Shown one piece after another: positions 59,192-64,000 of a stretch of 64,000 nt of DNA (position 1 is its first letter; the number at the start of each line of letters is the position of its first letter). A program made the translations under genes and the position numbers. The DNA comes from Candidatus Poribacteria bacterium (lineage in GTDB: Bacteria > Poribacteria > WGA-4E > WGA-3G), in NCBI GenBank assembly GCA_965198235.1, contig OZ240248.1, positions 2,944,001 to 3,008,000 of the forward strand, written 5' to 3'. The notes beneath the pieces are model-generated. The model saw only the letters and a list, made by a program, of their open reading frames with translations, was not told where the DNA came from and made no database searches.

Positions 59192-60604
59192 TTATCTTAA
59201 TTGCATTTCTGCGCACGGCACGATAATAGAATCCACCATGCCGTGTAGAATTTTCTTGTCGGCTGGACAGACTGCGGCTTGCATGCCCCCGAGTTTAACG
59301 GTGTTACCGACGACGAAATAGTATGGACGGAGCAGTGGACGGCACGCCATCTCTTGGACATCGCCAGCGTCGAAGTCGTAATACTGCATCCGTACCCGTT
59401 CGGCAGTGTGGAATTTCTGGAGGACGTGCGGACTTTTCTCGAAATTCTCAAGACTGTTTTCAATAACGGCTTCCCACTCCTCCGTAGGAAGATCGTGTCC
59501 GATCGCTACGCCGCGGCTCCCCCAAGCGAGTTCAGAGAAGCCCGACGGTTTGATAACCAATTCCCGTTGTTTTTGCGTCACGGAGCCGAGCTGCCGCCAA
59601 TCCGTTACGGCGTTTCCCTCCACCTCCAAATTGGGAATCACAGCATGCGGTGGTAAAGGACGTGCATCGATAACCCAAGTCTCTGGAATTGCTTGCTGTA
59701 GGAATGGGTAGGTTTTTTTGCCGAGATGCCGTTTCCAGAACGGTTGAAGCGTGGGATGATGGAAAAGCGCGAGGCACAATTTTTCTTCCAAATAGGATTT
59801 TGGCGGTGGGGTCATCACAACGGTGCGTTTCTTCGCACTATAGAACATTAACTCCGCTTTTGGGATATTGGGCAGATCAAACAATTCATAGAAGCGATAT
59901 AGTACGTCAACTTCCATCTTGCCTTCTGTCGTTTCAACAAGTAGCCCATCTTCGGTAAAAATTACCTCGTGCGGTTTGACGGTACGAGTCTCCACCCCTA
60001 CTTCGCAAAGTGCCGCGGCAAGCCATACCATCTCCGCCCAATAATCTTCCGATTCGTCTGAAACGACGATTGCGAGTGTAGGATTATCCTTCTTTGCCAG
60101 AGCCCGGATCATTTCGGCATATCCGTTCACCATCCCGTCGGTGCCGCCGATGATGCTATAGCCGAGTTGTGCGTAGAGCCGCCCTAAGCATCCTGTTGCC
60201 CCGATAAATCCGGGAATTGAGTCGAGTTCGGTAATCGCCATGCCGTCAGTGGTAGGGAGAATGTCGGGACGTAGCACGCCGGGTAATTGGCTCTTAAAAC
60301 GGTTCATCCGTCCATACTGGATGACTGTTTCCGGTTTTCCGAGCTCTAAGTACTCAGCCACCCAAGTGGGTTGAATACCCCGCACGCTTTGGGAATAGAG
60401 TAGATTGCAGGCGCGATAGAAATTTAAAAGATGCGTTCCGAGTTCCTCAAACCATCTCAAATCCGATGCGGGAATCCAGAACGGTTCCGGGGAGATGCGC
60501 CAAGAGGTGTTGCAATCTGGATGGACATCCCGTTTTTCTGCTTCAAATAGTTTCGCCTTCGGGATTTCGTCGTTAATAAATAGACATTTCTGTTTGGCAT
60601 CCAA
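59192..60604 (-). CDS. Glutathionylspermidine-synthase-like / circularly permuted ATP-grasp protein
   Basis: RPD......ITELD, YRFYELFD, EEK, PETW, VIKPSG..WGSRGV.IG, VLQ.F motifs; TTG start inferred. Confidence 0.65.
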   Translation of the reverse strand: MDAKQKCLFINDEIPKAKLFEAEKRDVHPDCNTSWRISPEPFWIPASDLRWFEELGTHLLNFYRACNLLYSQSVRGIQPTWVAEYLELGKPETVIQYGRMNRFKSQLPGVLRPDILPTTDGMAITELDSIPGFIGATGCLGRLYAQLGYSIIGGTDGMVNGYAEMIRALAKKDNPTLAIVVSDESEDYWAEMVWLAAALCEVGVETRTVKPHEVIFTEDGLLVETTEGKMEVDVLYRFYELFDLPNIPKAELMFYSAKKRTVVMTPPPKSYLEEKLCLALFHHPTLQPFWKRHLGKKTYPFLQQAIPETWVIDARPLPPHAVIPNLEVEGNAVTDWRQLGSVTQKQRELVIKPSGFSELAWGSRGVAIGHDLPTEEWEAVIENSLENFEKSPHVLQKFHTAERVRMQYYDFDAGDVQEMACRPLLRPYYFVVGNTVKLGGMQAAVCPADKKILHGMVDSIIVPCAEMQLR

Positions 60605-60783
60605 TTTTTAATTATTCCTTGCGGTTCGGTTAGGATAATTGGGTGAATGACGTTACTCGGCGTATATCCGCCTGCGCCGTTGTTGCAGGCTACAATTTTT
60701 AATTATTCCTTGCGGTTCGGTTAGGATAATTGGGTGAATGACGTTGCTCTCCGTATATCCGCCTGCGCCGTTGTTGCAGGCTA
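60602..60783 (+). repeat. Tandem duplication of a 91-bp unit of the interspersed element family
   Basis: 60602-60692 vs 60693-60783, three mismatches; each unit reads AATTTTTAATTATTCCTTGCGGTTCGGTTAGG...CGTATATC...GCAGGCTAC. Confidence 0.92.
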
Positions 60784-60813
60784 CCATTACCGTATTAAAA
60801 GCCTCGTCTGCTG

Positions 60814-62400
60814 CTACGCAAGGAAGACCTGCTTAACGAAGTCGATCTTCTTTTGTTCAGCGATGGTTTTCAAGACGTGCCGGGGCACAGGCGTATCCAC
60901 ATTGATAAGCGTTACGGCGAGTTCCCATAAGCGTGAACGTCCGACAGTCATATCCGCGATGTTGATACCGTGTTCCCCCAGGATCGTTCCCATTAACCCT
61001 ATCATTCCCGGCTGGTCGCTATTGTAGATGAGGAGGATATATCCGGTCGGTCTCACGTTTATATGATGCTGATCTATTCGGACGATACGGATGTCCTTTT
61101 TGCCGAAAGCAGTACCTTCGATGACCGTTTCGCCTTTATCGGTTGTGATTGTAATCGCGATGGAGTTAGCAAAATCTGCTTCTGCCTCGCTCTTTGTCTC
61201 TGTAACGGCTATTCCGCGTTGCTTAATCAGAAAAGGCGCGTTTACATAGTTCACGTCCGTTAGCACAGGGGTCAAAAGCCCTTTCTGTAAAGCTACAGTT
61301 ATCGGTGTAACGTCTTCTTTCTGGAAAAGGGTGCCGTTGTAATGGATTTTAATCGCGGAGATTTGCCCCTCGACAATTTGCGCGTGGAAACTGCCAATTT
61401 TTTCAGCAAGTTCCAGATAGGGACCTAAAATATCAAGCGTCCTCGGGTCAATTTTGGGTTGATTTACAGCATTAGTGACGGGTTGTCCGCGGAGCGCGTT
61501 CATTACCTGCTGTGCTACCTCGATAGCGACATGTTCCTGCGCTTCTGATGTAGACGCGCCGAGGTGTGGGAGTGCCAGCACGTTCTCTAAGTCCAGCAGT
61601 GGTGTCTCTGTTGCGGGTTCGCTTTCAAAAACGTCAAGTGCAGCACCGGCGAGTTGCTCAGTTTTCAAGGCGTGATAGAGGGCGTTTTCATCAATAATAC
61701 CACCGCGGGCGCAGTTAATCAGGCGACAGCTTGGCTTCATCAACGTGAACTCTGACTCACCCACACTATGATACGTTTCGGCGTTGAGATGCGTGTGGAT
61801 AGAGATGTAATCGGATTCCTGAAAGAGCGTTTCACGCTCGACAAGTCGGATACCGATCTTTTCTGCCGCGCTGGCTGAAATATACGGATCGTGGGCGATG
61901 ACTTGCATCCCGAAAGCCTGTGCGCGTCGAGCGACCTCGCGTCCGATCCGTCCGAGTCCAATGGTGCCAAAAATCTTCCCGTATAACTCAACCCCGATGA
62001 AGTCGTTGCGTTTCCATGTTCTGTTTCGGAGTGAAATCCCGGCAGGCACAATGTTGCGCGCCAATGCCAACAGCATCGCGATCGTATGTTCCGCCGCCGC
62101 AATCGTATTTCCCGTTGGTGTGTTGACAACTAAGATACCGTTTCGCGTCGCTGCTTGTACATCGATGTTATCCACGCCGACCCCGGCGCGCCCGATGACC
62201 TTTAGTTGCTTCGCCTTGTCAATGACCTCCGCAGTTACCTTCGTCGCGCTTCTGATAAGCAGGGCGTTGTAGTCAGCAATCCGGTCCAGCAATTCTTCAT
62301 GAGAGAGGTTGAGGTTAACGTCCACCTCAAAATCCCCACTCTCTTCTAAAACATCTAAACCTCGCTGTGACAGCAGGTCGCTGACCAGCACCTTGTTCAT
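60814..62400 (-). CDS. serA: D-3-phosphoglycerate dehydrogenase
   Basis: RAGVGVDNID, AAAEH, GLGRIG, NCARGG, PHLGAST.EAQ; ASB and ACT domains. Confidence 0.96.
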   Translation of the reverse strand: MNKVLVSDLLSQRGLDVLEESGDFEVDVNLNLSHEELLDRIADYNALLIRSATKVTAEVIDKAKQLKVIGRAGVGVDNIDVQAATRNGILVVNTPTGNTIAAAEHTIAMLLALARNIVPAGISLRNRTWKRNDFIGVELYGKIFGTIGLGRIGREVARRAQAFGMQVIAHDPYISASAAEKIGIRLVERETLFQESDYISIHTHLNAETYHSVGESEFTLMKPSCRLINCARGGIIDENALYHALKTEQLAGAALDVFESEPATETPLLDLENVLALPHLGASTSEAQEHVAIEVAQQVMNALRGQPVTNAVNQPKIDPRTLDILGPYLELAEKIGSFHAQIVEGQISAIKIHYNGTLFQKEDVTPITVALQKGLLTPVLTDVNYVNAPFLIKQRGIAVTETKSEAEADFANSIAITITTDKGETVIEGTAFGKKDIRIVRIDQHHINVRPTGYILLIYNSDQPGMIGLMGTILGEHGINIADMTVGRSRLWELAVTLINVDTPVPRHVLKTIAEQKKIDFVKQVFLA

Positions 62401-62472
62401 AAATCTAAAATCCTCTACCCGTATCGCGTTAAAACGGCTGCTCGTACTATTCCACTTGCAGGGTATCCCTAA

Positions 62473-62501
62473 ATTATAGCATGTCCGAAACTCCCTGTCA
62501 A
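62473..62501 (-). promoter_or_regulatory. Consensus sigma70 promoter for serA
   Basis: TTGACA-17 nt-TATAAT with extended -10 TG on the minus strand. Confidence 0.85.
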
Positions 62502-62696
62502 TAAGATTTTATTTTCCTTTCAGAGCCATTGGGTTTTCCATTTTTTGTAATTTTTTCCCGTCTTTGCTGACATGAACACGCTAATGACAACCGACAACTG
62601 AATACTATTGGACATTTTTTTTTGAATATGGTAATATATACGCTAATATCCATCGTGCACCCTCATAATGCGCGAATTACAAAGAAACATGGAGGC

Positions 62697-62909
62697 ATGA
62701 ATATGTTAGGCCTTGGTCCGTGGGAATTATTGATTGTGTTGGCTGTTGTGTTACTCATATTTGGTGGGAAACGTCTTCCCGAGCTGGCGCGTGGGTTGGG
62801 TAAGAGCGTTACGAACTTTAAAGCTGGGCTCAATGAAGAACAGTCGGAGGAAACCGAAACTACAGCACAGCAAGAGAAAGAGACACCACAAAACGAAAAG
62901 ACCGGGTAA
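62697..62909 (+). CDS. tatA: Twin-arginine translocase TatA/E
   Basis: GLGPWELLIVL..VLLIFGGKRLPELARGLG....FK; start 62697 or 62703. Confidence 0.95.
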   Translation: MNMLGLGPWELLIVLAVVLLIFGGKRLPELARGLGKSVTNFKAGLNEEQSEETETTAQQEKETPQNEKTG

Positions 62910-62989
62910 CCAGACGATAGGAACGTTCCGTGAATTCACAAGTATCGCGATTCGGAGATCGTTCCTGCAGGGAAATAGGAGATCTTTTG

Positions 62990-63310
62990 ATGCGAGATAA
63001 ATTACCCGATTTTCTTCAGAATGTGATTGAAGAATATCCCGATGTTTGGAAAGCGTATCAGGCATTGGGTGAAGCGTGTGGTACCGCCGGTCCTCTTGAA
63101 CAGAAAACCGTGAGGCTTGTTAAACTCGCATTGGCTATCGGCGCGAAGTCTGAAGGCGCAGTGCATTCGCATGCACGGCGTGCCCTCCGAGAAGGCATTA
63201 CGCCAGAAGAGTTACAACAGGTCGCACTGCTCGCGGTGACTTCTATCGGTTGGTCTTCGAGTATGGCGGCATTGTCTTGGATTCAAGATGTCGTGGACAA
63301 ACAATCGTAG
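62990..63310 (+). CDS. Carboxymuconolactone decarboxylase family protein
   Basis: GPL..KT..LVKLA.AIG....GAV.SH.RRA...G...EEL; AGGAG SD. Confidence 0.88.
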   Translation: MRDKLPDFLQNVIEEYPDVWKAYQALGEACGTAGPLEQKTVRLVKLALAIGAKSEGAVHSHARRALREGITPEELQQVALLAVTSIGWSSSMAALSWIQDVVDKQS

Positions 63311-63329
63311 TTTGATCGGGAAAATCAGC

Positions 63330-64000
63330 ATGGATGCAGGTTATGAATGCCGCTCCTTGACGCTTGGGAAGCGCACCTACCGGGTTTTAATCCTCATTGC
63401 TATCCTCTTATGGATCACTCCGTCTGTTAGCAGAACCGAAACGACATCAACGTTTCAGCAGGGCATGGAATATGTCAAACTTCGGCTCTATCCACAAGCA
63501 GTGGATACCTTTAAATCGATCTTATCACGCGATCCGACAGATGTAAACGCGCTTTTTCAACTGGCGAATGTCTATAAAGTGCAAGATGAGCTGGAGTTAG
63601 CGATTCAGACGTTTAACACCCTTTTGGCGCAGCTTACAGGTTCCCAAAACTTGCCGTTGAATGCCACAACTACAGAGCGGATCCACGGATTAGCGCACCT
63701 CGCGCTATCGGAAATCTATTGCAAGCAGAGCAAATTGGACATCGCCGAGCAGCATGCTAAAGAAGCCGTTCAGAGGTGTCCAACGGATGCGGATATGCAT
63801 TATCGGCTCGGTTATGTCTACACACATCAAGCGAAGTTTGACGCTGCACTCACTTCCTTCAAACATACCCTCGTACACAACCCCGATTTTGCCGAAGTTT
63901 ACGAATGGCTCGGTTTGATCGCCCTCATGCAACAGAAGCCGCAGCAAGCGGTGGCGTATTATCAGAAGACAATAGCAAGAAAACCGTACGTTCAGAGTGC
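63330..64000 (+). CDS. TPR-repeat protein, runs off the right edge (partial)
   Basis: Manual translation is open to the window end; hydrophobic N-terminal segment then TPR-like units (ALFQLANVY, AHLALSEIY, MHYRLGYVY, VYEWLGLIA). Confidence 0.85.
   Translation, partial: MDAGYECRSLTLGKRTYRVLILIAILLWITPSVSRTETTSTFQQGMEYVKLRLYPQAVDTFKSILSRDPTDVNALFQLANVYKVQDELELAIQTFNTLLAQLTGSQNLPLNATTTERIHGLAHLALSEIYCKQSKLDIAEQHAKEAVQRCPTDADMHYRLGYVYTHQAKFDAALTSFKHTLVHNPDFAEVYEWLGLIALMQQKPQQAVAYYQKTIARKPYVQS

Noticed and set aside
60602-60783. Possible CRISPR array
   Set aside because: Two contiguous 91-bp near-identical units with no unique spacers and no cas genes
1-64000. tRNA, rRNA or known riboswitch
   Set aside because: No cloverleaf, rRNA-like segment or riboswitch consensus recognised by eye; a tRNAscan/Rfam scan would be needed to exclude them formally

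Overview
A 64-kb bacterial chromosomal segment of about 50 CDSs. It resembles Candidatus Poribacteria (inference from the multiple secreted LamG-type proteins sharing a C-terminal 'AV.P..K.ATTWG.IK' tail, plus PhyH, sugar-phosphate isomerase and DUF1592-type genes). Housekeeping genes: argF, thrC, holA, hisZ-hisG-hisS, menG/ubiE, pheT, msrA, serA, tatA. It also holds a CzcCBA-type metal efflux operon, a Type IIG restriction-modification fusion, an orphan DNA methyltransferase and a catalytic-domain-only tyrosine recombinase. The main signal is an OMEGA (IS200/IS605) family: a complete IsrB with an upstream omegaRNA apparently inserted between the ribosome-binding site and the ATGA start of a host gene, an unannotated internally deleted isrB relic at about 49.06-49.22 kb, and a solo right end in front of pheT. 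All three terminate on an ATGA that is a host start codon. Intergenic DNA is dense in small repeats: GTAG-REP-like palindromes and a 90-130 bp interspersed element whose end supplies an SD-like AAGGA to two genes. No rRNA, tRNA or CRISPR array was seen. All calls are by eye from motifs; no database search was run.
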